Shown: positions 40,389-50,009, numbered from the stretch's first letter. The stretch is 64,000 bases of DNA from an uncultured virus (IMG/VR IMGVR_UViG_3300005253_000382) (IMGVR_UViG_3300005253_000382:1-64000); one strand, 5' to 3'. The notes: generated from the letters alone by a model not told the origin. Numbers and translations: made by a program.

Positions 40389-40739
40389 TCATTTTAATAG
40401 TTCCTTATTCTCATATATGTTGCCGATGACTTCACACATTAAAGCCATATCAGCCTTAGTTATTCCGTGCCAGCCACCGTGAATAGGTTTCAAATACCAT
40501 CCTGCTAAATTATCGTGCCATTCAATTATGTATAAAATATCTAACCTTCGGACAATATCTTTTTGGTATGCCTCCTTGCCGTTCTTGTCTTTGAGTCCTG
40601 TGAATTCTTGGTCATCACCCTTTCGGCAACCAGATAATTCTCGTCCCACGAAGCCATCAGGGAATATCCCCCAATAATGGAACATCTCAAACTCGCCATT
40701 TACATCTAATAATGGTTGTCTGAATTTAATTTCTCTCAT
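40389..40739 (-). CDS. YopX family protein
   Basis: MREIKFR...FTGLKDKNGKE.Y..DIV...EVIGNIYEN.ELL. Confidence 0.9.
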   Translation of the reverse strand: MREIKFRQPLLDVNGEFEMFHYWGIFPDGFVGRELSGCRKGDDQEFTGLKDKNGKEAYQKDIVRRLDILYIIEWHDNLAGWYLKPIHGGWHGITKADMALMCEVIGNIYENKELLK

Positions 40740-40948
40740 ATCCCCACCTTCTTCCTAAGCAAATCCAATCTTTCCCAGATAGTTAATTTCCTTCTCTTCC
40801 ATACTTGATTGACACACTGCCTTGATACACCATATTCTTTAGCAATATATACTTGAGAGTAACCCCGCTTAATTAACTTAATCCAATATAAGTTCCTCTC
40901 GTAGGTTTTCCAAGCCCTTTGTAAAATGATTGATTTAGATTGTTTCAT
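40736..40948 (-). CDS. Helix-turn-helix DNA-binding protein
   Basis: GYSQVYIAKEYGVSRQCVNQ. Confidence 0.8.
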   Translation of the reverse strand: MKQSKSIILQRAWKTYERNLYWIKLIKRGYSQVYIAKEYGVSRQCVNQVWKRRKLTIWERLDLLRKKVGI

Positions 40949-41167
40949 TTAATCCACTCTTAACTCTGACTGCTGTAGCAAAAGTTCTAAGTCAGCCCTG
41001 TTTTCGGGATTTGTAAGGCAATGTAAAATCCAGCGAGCACCCTCTACTTCGGGGGGGCAACAAAGAGGTACAGCTAGTTCATATTTATAAAGGTCAAATA
41101 AACCACCAATACCCTCTATATACTTGCGAGCCATAGCCTCATAATTATCTATTGGAGTTTCTTTCAT
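40949..41167 (-). CDS. Hypothetical protein
   Basis: ORF in early operon. Confidence 0.55.
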   Translation of the reverse strand: MKETPIDNYEAMARKYIEGIGGLFDLYKYELAVPLCCPPEVEGARWILHCLTNPENRADLELLLQQSELRVD

Positions 41168-41334
41168 TCCTTTTTAATCCTTCTCATATTTTCGTCCCCG
41201 ATTTTCTTGTCGTGTTTATCGCAGACATCCAGCCATTCTTTATTACCAGAAGGAAGGGTTATACCCATAAGGTATTTGGCTAGATTTCTACATTCCTTAA
41301 TCTCACACTGTTTCATAATTCTCCTTAACAACTC

Positions 41335-41437
41335 AATAGAAGGGGGGAGCTGGTGCTGTGAATTCCATCGCCACTAGGATTTGCAACAGTCTTATACAAC
41401 TAATGCTGACTCACCCTCAGCACTCCCCCACTCTATT
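41335..41437 (-). ncRNA. Structured 5' leader of early operon
   Basis: AATAGA..GGGGGAG..TGCTG / CAGCA..CTCCCCC..TCTATT long-range stem after a boxA-like motif. Confidence 0.45.
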
Positions 41438-41462
41438 CAATTATTAAAGTCCTTTATTACAT

Positions 41463-41491
41463 AAAATATCACAATTTTTAGTCATTGTCAA
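41463..41491 (-). promoter_or_regulatory. Sigma70-type promoter of early/replication operon
   Basis: TTGACA-17 bp-TATTTT. Confidence 0.7.
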
Positions 41492-41545
41492 TAGGGTACG
41501 GAACTATTTTTGCCCTTTGAGAATAAATAACTCTTGACCTGTATA

Positions 41546-41580
41546 AAAGAAAAACCCCCCTGAATCGTAACTCAGGGGGG
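41546..41580 (-). terminator. Intrinsic terminator
   Basis: CCCCCCTGA..TCAGGGGGG followed by a T-tract on the minus strand. Confidence 0.8.
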
Positions 41581-41606
41581 AGATTTTACTCCACTGGTGA
41601 TGGTTT

Positions 41607-41718
41607 GCTGGGGCTACACACTAGTCTGCACTAGCATCCTTTCGCTGACTTTGACACTCACGGTATCTTAAGTGGCAGCACACCCTAAATACCCCTATTG
41701 TTCAGCCCTCACCCCAGC
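41607..41718 (-). ncRNA. Stand-alone small RNA candidate (~112 nt core)
   Basis: TGTTATAAT -10 at 41725-41733; predicted start at GCTGGGG, which pairs with CCCCAGC; terminator downstream; no convincing ORF. Confidence 0.55.
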
Positions 41719-41807
41719 ATCTATATTATAACATATCCAACTACCAATATGTCAGTTAAGGGGCTGTATGGGCATCCTGGTGCGTGCCAGATATACAGTA
41801 GGGGATA

Positions 41808-42077
41808 TTACGGGTTTAATTTCTTGGCTATACTTTTTGGTAATAGAAGCATAACAGCGTTAAAGACATCCATCCATTCTTCCAGCAATTCTACGGCTTC
41901 GGCTTTGGTGATTTTTTTGTCTTCTAATGCTTCGCCTGTCTTGGTGAAAGCCTCGCCTAATTCAAGTAGTAAATTTACCACTTGCTTCCACTTTCTATAG
42001 AAGTTGCCACCAAGAACTGCACCACAGATAACTACTACCAACGATAGAATTTCATACCATTCCATATTTACCCCCAA
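41808..42077 (-). CDS. Holin-like membrane protein
   Basis: N-terminal TM helix; last gene of late operon B. Confidence 0.5.
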   Translation of the reverse strand: MGVNMEWYEILSLVVVICGAVLGGNFYRKWKQVVNLLLELGEAFTKTGEALEDKKITKAEAVELLEEWMDVFNAVMLLLPKSIAKKLNP

Positions 42078-42416
42078 TCAATATCCGCAAGGTGGTCGTT
42101 AGAATTACAAATCGAGCAAATCCCAATAGACTTTTCTATTCCTATTAACTCCTCCCCGCATTCACATAGACATTTACTGCACAGCCATTTATCGTTTACG
42201 AGTTTTAATCTGTCTACATTAAAACATCCGCATTGCTGAAAGGATATTGTTTGTGCTTCATTCATCTAGGATCTCCATTTGATGTCTCACTAATCGGGCA
42301 ATATCTAAGGCGTCATCATAAAGTCTCTTCTTCTTAGCATACCATATTTTCAATATCTTGATTTCTTCCTTGAGTTCCTCATTTTCCTTTAATAAATCTT
42401 CGTAGGTGGGTTTCAT

Positions 42417-42641
42417 CTAACCCCCCAGAGTAAGCCTTAATAACCATCCTATAATAACGACAAGCCCTGTCCCCCCAATGCTGACAGTTACCCTTCGCCA
42501 GATTGTGTTTGTTTTGACCGCACCATTTAATTGCTTGAGGCGCTCTTTGATTTCTGGGATGTCTCCCTCATCACCATCTTTGAGAGTCTTTAACCTCTCA
42601 TCAATCCGTATTAAAAGCTCATCTCTTTCTGGTTGTTTCAT
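42417..42641 (-). CDS. Small membrane protein (holin/XhlA-like)
   Basis: RDELLIRIDER...LNG.V plus C-terminal TM helix. Confidence 0.5.
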   Translation of the reverse strand: MKQPERDELLIRIDERLKTLKDGDEGDIPEIKERLKQLNGAVKTNTIWRRVTVSIGGTGLVVIIGWLLRLTLGG

Positions 42642-42829
42642 TTCGGCTTCTTACCATTCAGGCTCTTTAGTAAATCTACTGCCCCCTGATTCTTCAGAGC
42701 CTCATTGATAAGAAGTTGCTGTCTCTGTTGGAGTTGGGTTGCCTGTTGCTGCATTAGACTTAGTTCCTCACCAATCTTCCGTGCCTCGGCTTTTAACTTT
42801 GCTTCCTGTTTCTCTATGTTAATTTCCAT
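42638..42829 (-). CDS. Coiled-coil protein (tail-fibre chaperone-like)
   Basis: Short Q-rich coiled coil after fibre genes. Confidence 0.45.
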   Translation of the reverse strand: MEINIEKQEAKLKAEARKIGEELSLMQQQATQLQQRQQLLINEALKNQGAVDLLKSLNGKKPK

Positions 42830-42898
42830 ATTATACTCCTTGTGGTAAAACTAATTCTATCTAACTTTATTCCTCTTATGAGTTGCCTGCTTTTATTT

Positions 42899-43432
42899 TT
42901 AATAAATAACTTCTATTTCCCTAAACTGACTTCCAGCACCAGAGAAAGTATCTACTACTTCGCAGACACTCCTTATTTTATCAGTTAGTACTTCAGTTAC
43001 AGTAGAATAACCGCTCCAATCACGAGTGCTCCTTGTGGCAAGGCCAGTTACCCAATCTGTCCAAGCGTGGGTTGCTAAGTTATAATATTGAATTTTCCAT
43101 CTTCCATCACCACCATTATTGAACTCACCGTACTGTCTCCAACGCTTTATGTAGACTACTTTACCAAAGTCAACTTCAATATACTCACCAACAGCGTTAT
43201 GCCCGCCTATAGTGCCAGTGTCATTATCGTTAATCCTGGCTGGCCAATAGCCAGTTCCAGTAGCTGGATTAGCCTGAAACATAGCCACAGTAGCTTCAAG
43301 CCCAACTGCAGCACCTGGGCTTGTTAGGGTGATAGTGGTGGCATCCTCTACTGCATCAATACCATTACCTGTTATAAGTAGCTTATATCCCTCCCTATTA
43401 CCGTCACTTCTGCCAGAAAAATAGGCGACCAT
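42899..43432 (-). CDS. Discoidin/F5-8-type carbohydrate-binding virion protein
   Basis: GEYIEVDFGKVVYIK...YG...FREIEV. Confidence 0.65.
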   Translation of the reverse strand: MVAYFSGRSDGNREGYKLLITGNGIDAVEDATTITLTSPGAAVGLEATVAMFQANPATGTGYWPARINDNDTGTIGGHNAVGEYIEVDFGKVVYIKRWRQYGEFNNGGDGRWKIQYYNLATHAWTDWVTGLATRSTRDWSGYSTVTEVLTDKIRSVCEVVDTFSGAGSQFREIEVIY

Positions 43433-43443
43433 CTCAACTCCTT

Positions 43444-44169
43444 CTACGCTGCCGCGATTAGCCCGTGACTAATCATGGCATCCCTAAGAGCATCTATAAC
43501 TCCATCAGTAGTTGCATCTCCTGAGTTTATGGCATCATCACACCTGGCATCAACTACCCTCGTTCCAACTACTTGAGCACTATTAACATCAAGAATAGAA
43601 TTTACATTATCTATGTTTTGGCTGTTAGCATCTAAAGCACCACTCAGCACTATGCCTGTAATCGTGCTATTTTGGAATGTCCATACCGCAGTATCAACAC
43701 CGCCGCTCAAGCTCAATCTTACTCTATAGATATCGGAGGTGTCCCTTGACCTAATGTCCCAAGCTATGCCAGCATTTGCAGCGGTTAACGCAGCCCAGAA
43801 GGCACCTAGGGCGGACGCAGTACCAAGTTCTATATCTAAGACATTAGTTAAGGCTTGAGAGTTAGCATCCATTGTGCCACCAAGAGTAAAGGCAGGGATA
43901 GTCAATCCAGTGGTAGCTATTGTGCCGTTGATGGTAGGAGAGGTTAAGGTTAAACTAGCAGCCTCAACTTGGTCTACCACTGAGCTTATAGCAGCTTGAT
44001 CGTTACCATCAATCACATCTGTGAGGTGGTGAGTGCAGAGAGTTAATCCCAGAAAGACACTAAGCCTACTCTCCAATAAGGTTGAGCCAGAAGCACTCTC
44101 CTCATATCGCCCCGATACTGATGCCGGATTACTCGTTAATGTTGCGCCACATATTGTACAAGTTGCCAT
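43444..44169 (-). CDS. Tail fibre-like protein
   Basis: TLTSPTINGT, LGGTMDANSQ / LSGALDANSQ repeats; C-terminal LRDAMISHGLI. Confidence 0.6.
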   Translation of the reverse strand: MATCTICGATLTSNPASVSGRYEESASGSTLLESRLSVFLGLTLCTHHLTDVIDGNDQAAISSVVDQVEAASLTLTSPTINGTIATTGLTIPAFTLGGTMDANSQALTNVLDIELGTASALGAFWAALTAANAGIAWDIRSRDTSDIYRVRLSLSGGVDTAVWTFQNSTITGIVLSGALDANSQNIDNVNSILDVNSAQVVGTRVVDARCDDAINSGDATTDGVIDALRDAMISHGLIAAA

Positions 44170-44193
44170 TGTTTTCTCCTTTTTAAGAGTATA

Positions 44194-45360
44194 TCATAAT
44201 TCGAGCCAGTTACTCCCGTGCTTCATAAAGATTAAATGCTGTTTCGTGGAGGCCATATAGGTAAAGGCTGGGGCAGTGTGTACCCCCAAGTGGAGGTCGG
44301 CGTGTTCTATTGCCCTGTTTGCTGATGTCGTTATCTCTACTACTGTCCCTTCACTGCCACTTCCTGTAATATCAGTGTTCAAATCGACCCGCTTATGCTG
44401 GAATGGTTCACCATTTATTAGGTTCTGTTCCGTTGAGTGGTCGGTATTCATATTAGTTAATTCGTTAGCTTCTCCAGCAGTCGGGCCAGGTACAAAAGCT
44501 GTTGCATGCCAATGCCAATTCGCTGTGCTGTGTTTAAGTAATCTAACATTAGCACCTGTATCATTTGCTCCCGCAACACCTACTACCTCAAATAAAGATG
44601 AGGTGAAGTCTTGATTGCCGAAATCTTCATACTTAGCATATCCGTAATTAAACGAACAGTTAAATGTACCTCCACTAGTAGAGGAAAGAGTGATCGTGGC
44701 TTGGCCTAACCATTTCTTAGGAGTCTCTGACATTGTGTTGAGGGCGAAGGTGGCAAGTAAGGCATCAGCTACGATAACTTCAGAATCAGAGCCGTTGTAA
44801 TTTCCTTCATCATCAATACTTGCCCCTGTTACTGTTAATACCAGGTCGGAACCATCAGTTGCCCCGTCACCCTTACCTACAACAACAGCGTGCATAGCAT
44901 AAGAACCATTAGCCGAACCAACCGTTACAGTGAGGCTGGCATTGGTAAGGGCTGCTTCCGTTGCAGGAAATAGATAATTACCGCCCACATAATCAATACC
45001 TGACGAACCAGTAGGAGAGTTAAAACTATAATCGGCTCGATCTACTTGGTGCTTGGTGTATATGTTCCCAACACCGTTACGGATGCGGACTGTCTGGGCA
45101 TCGTTGGATGGTAAAATAAATAAAACCTCTCCGGACTCACCGCCGTTAATAGTGTCAAGGTCATCATCAGCAGCACCGGACTCGTTTAATACCTTGATAT
45201 GGCCGTGGTCTATAGTTATCGCACCACTAGAGATAGTGACTTCTTGGGCACTCTCAAAATCTATACCACGAAGATTAGAGGCTCTTGTATTCCCGAAGTC
45301 CAAATCACCATCTTCTTGAAGGGCTGGTTTGTCGTGTCCTGGTACTAAAGGTTTGCTCAT
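44194..45360 (-). CDS. Tail fibre/baseplate-associated protein
   Basis: TISSGAIT...DDLDTINGG...TVRIRNGVGNI split domain with large insert. Confidence 0.55.
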   Translation of the reverse strand: MSKPLVPGHDKPALQEDGDLDFGNTRASNLRGIDFESAQEVTISSGAITIDHGHIKVLNESGAADDDLDTINGGESGEVLFILPSNDAQTVRIRNGVGNIYTKHQVDRADYSFNSPTGSSGIDYVGGNYLFPATEAALTNASLTVTVGSANGSYAMHAVVVGKGDGATDGSDLVLTVTGASIDDEGNYNGSDSEVIVADALLATFALNTMSETPKKWLGQATITLSSTSGGTFNCSFNYGYAKYEDFGNQDFTSSLFEVVGVAGANDTGANVRLLKHSTANWHWHATAFVPGPTAGEANELTNMNTDHSTEQNLINGEPFQHKRVDLNTDITGSGSEGTVVEITTSANRAIEHADLHLGVHTAPAFTYMASTKQHLIFMKHGSNWLEL

Positions 45361-45746
45361 GCTAGAAATCCAAAAACATCTATCGTGGCCGTTGCTGCGG
45401 CCGTACTACCTGTGATTACTTTAATTCCAAACACAGAGGCTGCTGCATTATCGGTGTATTTTGTATTAGCAGCCCCCCTGATTTCCATGTAGTCTGTACC
45501 TGCCGTAGTCATAGTTGATAAATCGTTGGTCTGTCTCCACGTATCGGCATTAGCTCCTGTCCCCAAGTCGTAATCAGTCCCCCCAGCTAGAGATGCGGAA
45601 GTCTCCCTTATCACTACTGAAGTAACGTAGGCTGTCTTACCAGTAGGGACTGTATAAAGCGTGTTCTTCTGGGCGGTTTTCATATCTACCGCAGTTGTAG
45701 TAGAGAGTAAAGCTATCGAGTTTTCAATTAGTGGGGCACCTGGCAT
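45357..45746 (-). CDS. Putative virion protein
   Basis: LYTVPTGKTAYVT beta-sandwich. Confidence 0.55.
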   Translation of the reverse strand: MPGAPLIENSIALLSTTTAVDMKTAQKNTLYTVPTGKTAYVTSVVIRETSASLAGGTDYDLGTGANADTWRQTNDLSTMTTAGTDYMEIRGAANTKYTDNAAASVFGIKVITGSTAAATATIDVFGFLA

Positions 45747-45755
45747 AATATCCTC

Positions 45756-46124
45756 CTAGTTATAAATAACCTGGTCGTTAATAGTCACAACCAAACCATC
45801 ATAAACCACAATCTCAGGGTCTATAGTATGGGTTGCGTGCCACTCTGAAGGCCCCGCTTTTGTTCTTATAGCCTCATACTGCTCATCTAAAATCTGATTA
45901 GGCACCCCATCTATGTTAGACGTACTCGTAACGGTAACTTGATTCGTGGAGGTGTCTATCTTTTTAACTGTATGTTCCCTACCACCTATACTCGTGACCG
46001 CAGGCAGAGTTATAGTAACGGCACCACTTGAAGCATCTACCAGAATAAGCCTATCACCATCGGTGGCAGTATAATCCCCTGTCTTGGAAGTTACCCCTGA
46101 TAAATCCTTAGTCCAGTCTGGCAT
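45756..46124 (-). CDS. Tail fibre-associated domain protein
   Basis: SKTGDYTAT.D..ILVDASSGAVTITLPA...VKKID.S.N.VTV. Confidence 0.65.
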   Translation of the reverse strand: MPDWTKDLSGVTSKTGDYTATDGDRLILVDASSGAVTITLPAVTSIGGREHTVKKIDTSTNQVTVTSTSNIDGVPNQILDEQYEAIRTKAGPSEWHATHTIDPEIVVYDGLVVTINDQVIYN

Positions 46125-46133
46125 TAAAGTTCC

Positions 46134-47165
46134 TTATGGGACAAGAGTCCCCTCGATAAACCGTTCCCTTCCATCATCGTGCCCTACCCAATGAAGGCGG
46201 TTTTGTACTACTGATAGATTGCCTGGTATCAATTGAGTACCACCACCACCTACACCAGAGGTAAAGACCACATTCGCTCCGTAAACAGTCCCCTCAGTAT
46301 TCGTTGCATACGCTCTCACATAATATTTCTGCCCATCTAGTAAACCAGTGATGCTTGAGGTAAACACCCCTAAACTTCCAGCCCCGTTATCCACATTGTT
46401 ATCTCCTGTAACAGGGTCTACAGATGTATTCCAAGCGTGTCCGTGTGCCGTCACTGAGCTTATACCAGTATCATCAATAGCCCCATTCCCCGTTGCGGTG
46501 GTGGCTGTGATGACTGTCATAGCCTGAGTGCTTACTTGAAGGGCTGTAGCTATCGTGGTAGAAATCTCAAAGTTCTGAGTCCAGCCACTAGTAGCTTTGG
46601 TAGTACCCTGATTGGCTGACATTATCGCATAAATATATCTAAAATCCTTCTTGGATGTGGCGAGTCCCAAAGCAACACTACTAACAATAACAGTCCTTGC
46701 TGCATCAGAATATACAACAAGGTAAATCGTGCCAAAAGTTCCCACGCTTTCATCTCTGTAGAATTTTAGATAATAATTTGTGAGATGGGTCAAAGTTATA
46801 ACAGTCGCTTCACGCCTTGTTCCACCATCTATTTCTGTTAAAATAGCCCTGAATGAAGCCCCTGCTGCTGCCGGACGGCTAAATCTCACCCCTTGCATGT
46901 CTTCACTGTTAATCTCAATCCCCCTAAAATCGTCTACAACATTAGCCAGTGCGCACCACACAAATTGAGCATCAGTCTCAGATAAGATTGTATGCAGATC
47001 AAACTCAATTACAAAGTTACCACCAAAGAATGCAGCTCCTTTATCAAAGTAAACATAGGCATCCTCATTCCTTGCCAGACTAGTCCACGTAGCCCTGCTA
47101 GTAGTCACAGCAATCTTGGAATTAGGGTCGGTTTCCGTATAGGTAGTTAAATCTTCAGTTGCCAT
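46134..47165 (-). CDS. Virion protein with lectin-like and FN3-like domains
   Basis: FTSSITGLLDGQKYYVRAYATN..GT.YG FN3-like motif. Confidence 0.65.
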   Translation of the reverse strand: MATEDLTTYTETDPNSKIAVTTSRATWTSLARNEDAYVYFDKGAAFFGGNFVIEFDLHTILSETDAQFVWCALANVVDDFRGIEINSEDMQGVRFSRPAAAGASFRAILTEIDGGTRREATVITLTHLTNYYLKFYRDESVGTFGTIYLVVYSDAARTVIVSSVALGLATSKKDFRYIYAIMSANQGTTKATSGWTQNFEISTTIATALQVSTQAMTVITATTATGNGAIDDTGISSVTAHGHAWNTSVDPVTGDNNVDNGAGSLGVFTSSITGLLDGQKYYVRAYATNTEGTVYGANVVFTSGVGGGGTQLIPGNLSVVQNRLHWVGHDDGRERFIEGTLVP

Positions 47166-47362
47166 TACCCACTAAGCCCCACTACCTTACTTCCTACATT
47201 ACCTTCAGGAAAGGTATAAACGTCATACAATTCTCCTCGTTGCCTTATCTCTGTAATATAGCCTAGTTTTTCGTACTCAGTAGCACACCTTTTGGCTAGA
47301 AATTCTGCGGTTCTACCCTTTGGCTGTATACTGTTATCATATGTGGCTAACCAATACATCAT
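47165..47362 (-). CDS. Small inserted hypothetical gene
   Basis: AAGGAG SD directly after a duplicated N-terminus of the downstream gene. Confidence 0.6.
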   Translation of the reverse strand: MMYWLATYDNSIQPKGRTAEFLAKRCATEYEKLGYITEIRQRGELYDVYTFPEGNVGSKVVGLSG

Positions 47363-47406
47363 CCTTATGCTCCTTATACGTAGTAAAATCTTCTATTGCC
47401 ATAATA

Positions 47407-48771
47407 TCACTCGTGGGGTATCTCTAAAGCATCTGTTACAGTTAATCTCCTGAAATAAGCATCTTCTATCTGTGCGTTCAGAAATTCTATTATTCCCGTC
47501 TGGGTACTATCTAAATTAAAAATAGCAAAAGTAATTGAAGTAACAGCTTCTATGAGGTTAGCAATATTTGTGTCTCCTCCACCTACTCGTCCTACTCCCC
47601 CACCAGATGTACCTACCAAGATAGGACTTGGCAGAATAGCCGACTTCCCAAACCTTATGTCCATATCAAAAACAAGCTGGCCGCCACGTCCAGGCACTTG
47701 AACATTCCTTTTAAGGTATCTAACATTACCAGTCCTCGTATCGTTCTGGCGTGAGTCCGTAACCTTAATGAAATCCCACACCTCCTGTCCTACGTTCATT
47801 GGAACCTTCACCGCCCCAACCTCACTATCCAGCTCATAGGTTTCTATAATAGCCGGAGCAATAGAGGCTGCTATACCCGTAGAAGTCAATCTTAAATAAG
47901 TAGTATGGGTCTGAGGGAACAACGCAAAACTGGTAGCACTGGTAGCACTAGCCGTAAATTGAGGGGTATGTGAAGGGTGAGAGGAGACCACTTCTTTATT
48001 AGGATTAACAAACCTGTTGATAAGCTCCTTATTAAACAAGGTATGCTCTCCCGATACAGCCAGTTTATATTCATAATCGAATACAGCCCCTGAAATAACA
48101 GGGTCGAAGAAGTGTAACGCCTCATCATCTTCAACCCTCATCTTCTCCCCAGTCCACGACAACAATCTTTTAACCCTACTCAAACGGGAAGAGTTTAACG
48201 GCACCCTGAAAGCCTCTTTGGGTAGAAGGCCGTCTACTACCCCATCCAGACTATCAAATGTTGTCGTGAAATTGGTGTAATTAGTGTATGGAGCTAAGGT
48301 TGCATTAGCTACCGCACTGATTAAGGTCTGAACAGTTCGTGCATCCCCCTCAGTTAAAGTTAGTTCCGATTCAGCAAGGTCTAACCCTAACAAATTAGGG
48401 ACACCGATTAAATTTAACTGGCACACCAGAATCCCTTGAGCAGAGAAGAAGCGCTGGTTCTTGACAAATACAGGGGCAGTAGGGGAGTATTCATCTCCCT
48501 GAGTAGGGTCATTATACCCATACGAAATAACACCCCTGTATCTCTCAAAGTCTATCGTAGTAAGAACGCCATCGGAGTTATCCAGTAAAACAGTAGCTAT
48601 TCCATTGTCTTCTGTTTCTGTATGACTGATTGAAAGGATACGTGTTTTGGTGTAGGTCTGTGTAGACTGTCCCGCCCTTGAAAGCGTAATTTTCCAAATA
48701 GGGTTTTGGGGTAGCCCATCTACCCCAACGGAAGCCTGATTACTCGTAAGTGTTGCACTTAAAGTACGAAT
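47407..48771 (-). CDS. Tail protein, probable non-canonical ATT start
   Basis: Frame open 115 codons upstream of the GTG at 48426, back to ATT CGT ACT TTA AGT (xRTLSATL), 9 nt after GAGGGGG. Confidence 0.6.
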   Translation of the reverse strand: MRTLSATLTSNQASVGVDGLPQNPIWKITLSRAGQSTQTYTKTRILSISHTETEDNGIATVLLDNSDGVLTTIDFERYRGVISYGYNDPTQGDEYSPTAPVFVKNQRFFSAQGILVCQLNLIGVPNLLGLDLAESELTLTEGDARTVQTLISAVANATLAPYTNYTNFTTTFDSLDGVVDGLLPKEAFRVPLNSSRLSRVKRLLSWTGEKMRVEDDEALHFFDPVISGAVFDYEYKLAVSGEHTLFNKELINRFVNPNKEVVSSHPSHTPQFTASATSATSFALFPQTHTTYLRLTSTGIAASIAPAIIETYELDSEVGAVKVPMNVGQEVWDFIKVTDSRQNDTRTGNVRYLKRNVQVPGRGGQLVFDMDIRFGKSAILPSPILVGTSGGGVGRVGGGDTNIANLIEAVTSITFAIFNLDSTQTGIIEFLNAQIEDAYFRRLTVTDALEIPHE

Positions 48772-48777
48772 TTTAGA

Positions 48778-49833
48778 TTACCCCCTCGTATACAACCTCT
48801 TGCTTCTCGGTTTGCTGCCACCTAGTTCATTGATAACTTCGTTATATAGTTCTCTCTTCCATCCCATATAATCAGCCCAAGTCCCGGGCCCGCCTATGTT
48901 AATAGTGTTTATGAAACTTCTGGAATCACTCATTGCAGCCCTGGCAGCCACAAGGCGTCCAAATATTTCCTCATCCTGATCCCTTAAAGTGTTCTTCCTG
49001 AATGTTAAAACCTCAGCCGTATTTGAGGCGTCACTGTCTAATCCCGGGAAGAAACTAATGGTAGCTGTATTACTGGCTATCGTGGTGGCAGTAGTTACAG
49101 TATAAACGAACCTCTGATTTTCAAGATGAAACTCCTCCCCTATCTCAATCGTACCGGCTCCCATTGTTGCTGATGCCAGGGAAGTAGCCCCTGCTGTTGT
49201 AGTAGTTGCCACCTGCCCCGTTAAACCAACCAACTGTGAGATTTTGTGGGCGACTGCAAACCTGACTAAAACATCTACATCAGGTAATCGGTCGAGCGTA
49301 GAATCACTGTCAGGTATCTGGTCTACCATTATCTCAATAACGTCATCCAATTCCTTCCAGTTCCTCTTTTCACCTACGGGATATTCTACGGAATCAATCC
49401 ACATATAGGGCATAAAATCCCCTATGAATATCTGCCTGTTATTGGTACACCTTTTATTATAGATTCGATAGGCTTCATTGGCACTAAAAATATCCTTGCT
49501 AATTGAGAATATGGAGGTTGAATCCTGAGCTAGAACCACAGCGTAAGTGTTTTGGCTAAGATTATGCACTACCTTTTCGTCAGTGGCATCCCCCGCTAAG
49601 AATTGAGCCTTCACAGAGTCGGTTAATTTATCGGTTGTACCGGTGACATCATCCCCAAACCTTGACTCCAATTTGAAGATAACATCCACTAGATGAGGAC
49701 GATAAGTAGAGAACTTCTTTAACCCTTCTTCAATCCAGTAATCCCATTCCACTGTTCCAGCAACAGCATTACCAGTATCCTGATATATCTGCTCAACGAG
49801 ATTACGGAATTCAGAATATGTTCGACTTCCCAT
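48778..49833 (-). CDS. Head-tail adaptor-like protein B
   Basis: Helical N-terminus (RTYSEFRNLVEQ), IDSVEYPVG; counterpart of 4199-5518. Confidence 0.55.
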   Translation of the reverse strand: MGSRTYSEFRNLVEQIYQDTGNAVAGTVEWDYWIEEGLKKFSTYRPHLVDVIFKLESRFGDDVTGTTDKLTDSVKAQFLAGDATDEKVVHNLSQNTYAVVLAQDSTSIFSISKDIFSANEAYRIYNKRCTNNRQIFIGDFMPYMWIDSVEYPVGEKRNWKELDDVIEIMVDQIPDSDSTLDRLPDVDVLVRFAVAHKISQLVGLTGQVATTTTAGATSLASATMGAGTIEIGEEFHLENQRFVYTVTTATTIASNTATISFFPGLDSDASNTAEVLTFRKNTLRDQDEEIFGRLVAARAAMSDSRSFINTINIGGPGTWADYMGWKRELYNEVINELGGSKPRSKRLYTRG

Positions 49834-49883
49834 CTGTCACCTCTTCTTTGCCGATTTCAATGTTTTCTTTATATGTTTTGGCA

Positions 49884-50009
49884 TTATTTCTTCCTCGTAA
49901 ATTCCTTTAGTTTCTTCTCGGATAACCCTGTCTTGGTTTTCTTCCCTGCCCTCCGCCTTGAAAGCTCGGCTCCAAAGAACCTTCTCTGCTTTGTACTCTT
50001 AGCTGGCAT
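49884..50009 (-). CDS. Small basic protein
   Basis: Hand translation MPAKSTKQRRFFGAELSRRRAGKKTKTGLSEKKLKEFTRKK. Confidence 0.6.
   Translation of the reverse strand: MPAKSTKQRRFFGAELSRRRAGKKTKTGLSEKKLKEFTRKK

Noticed and set aside
241..47165. Diversity-generating retroelement acting on lectin/tail genes
   Set aside because: No reverse transcriptase and no ~100-nt TR/VR pair differing at adenines was seen.
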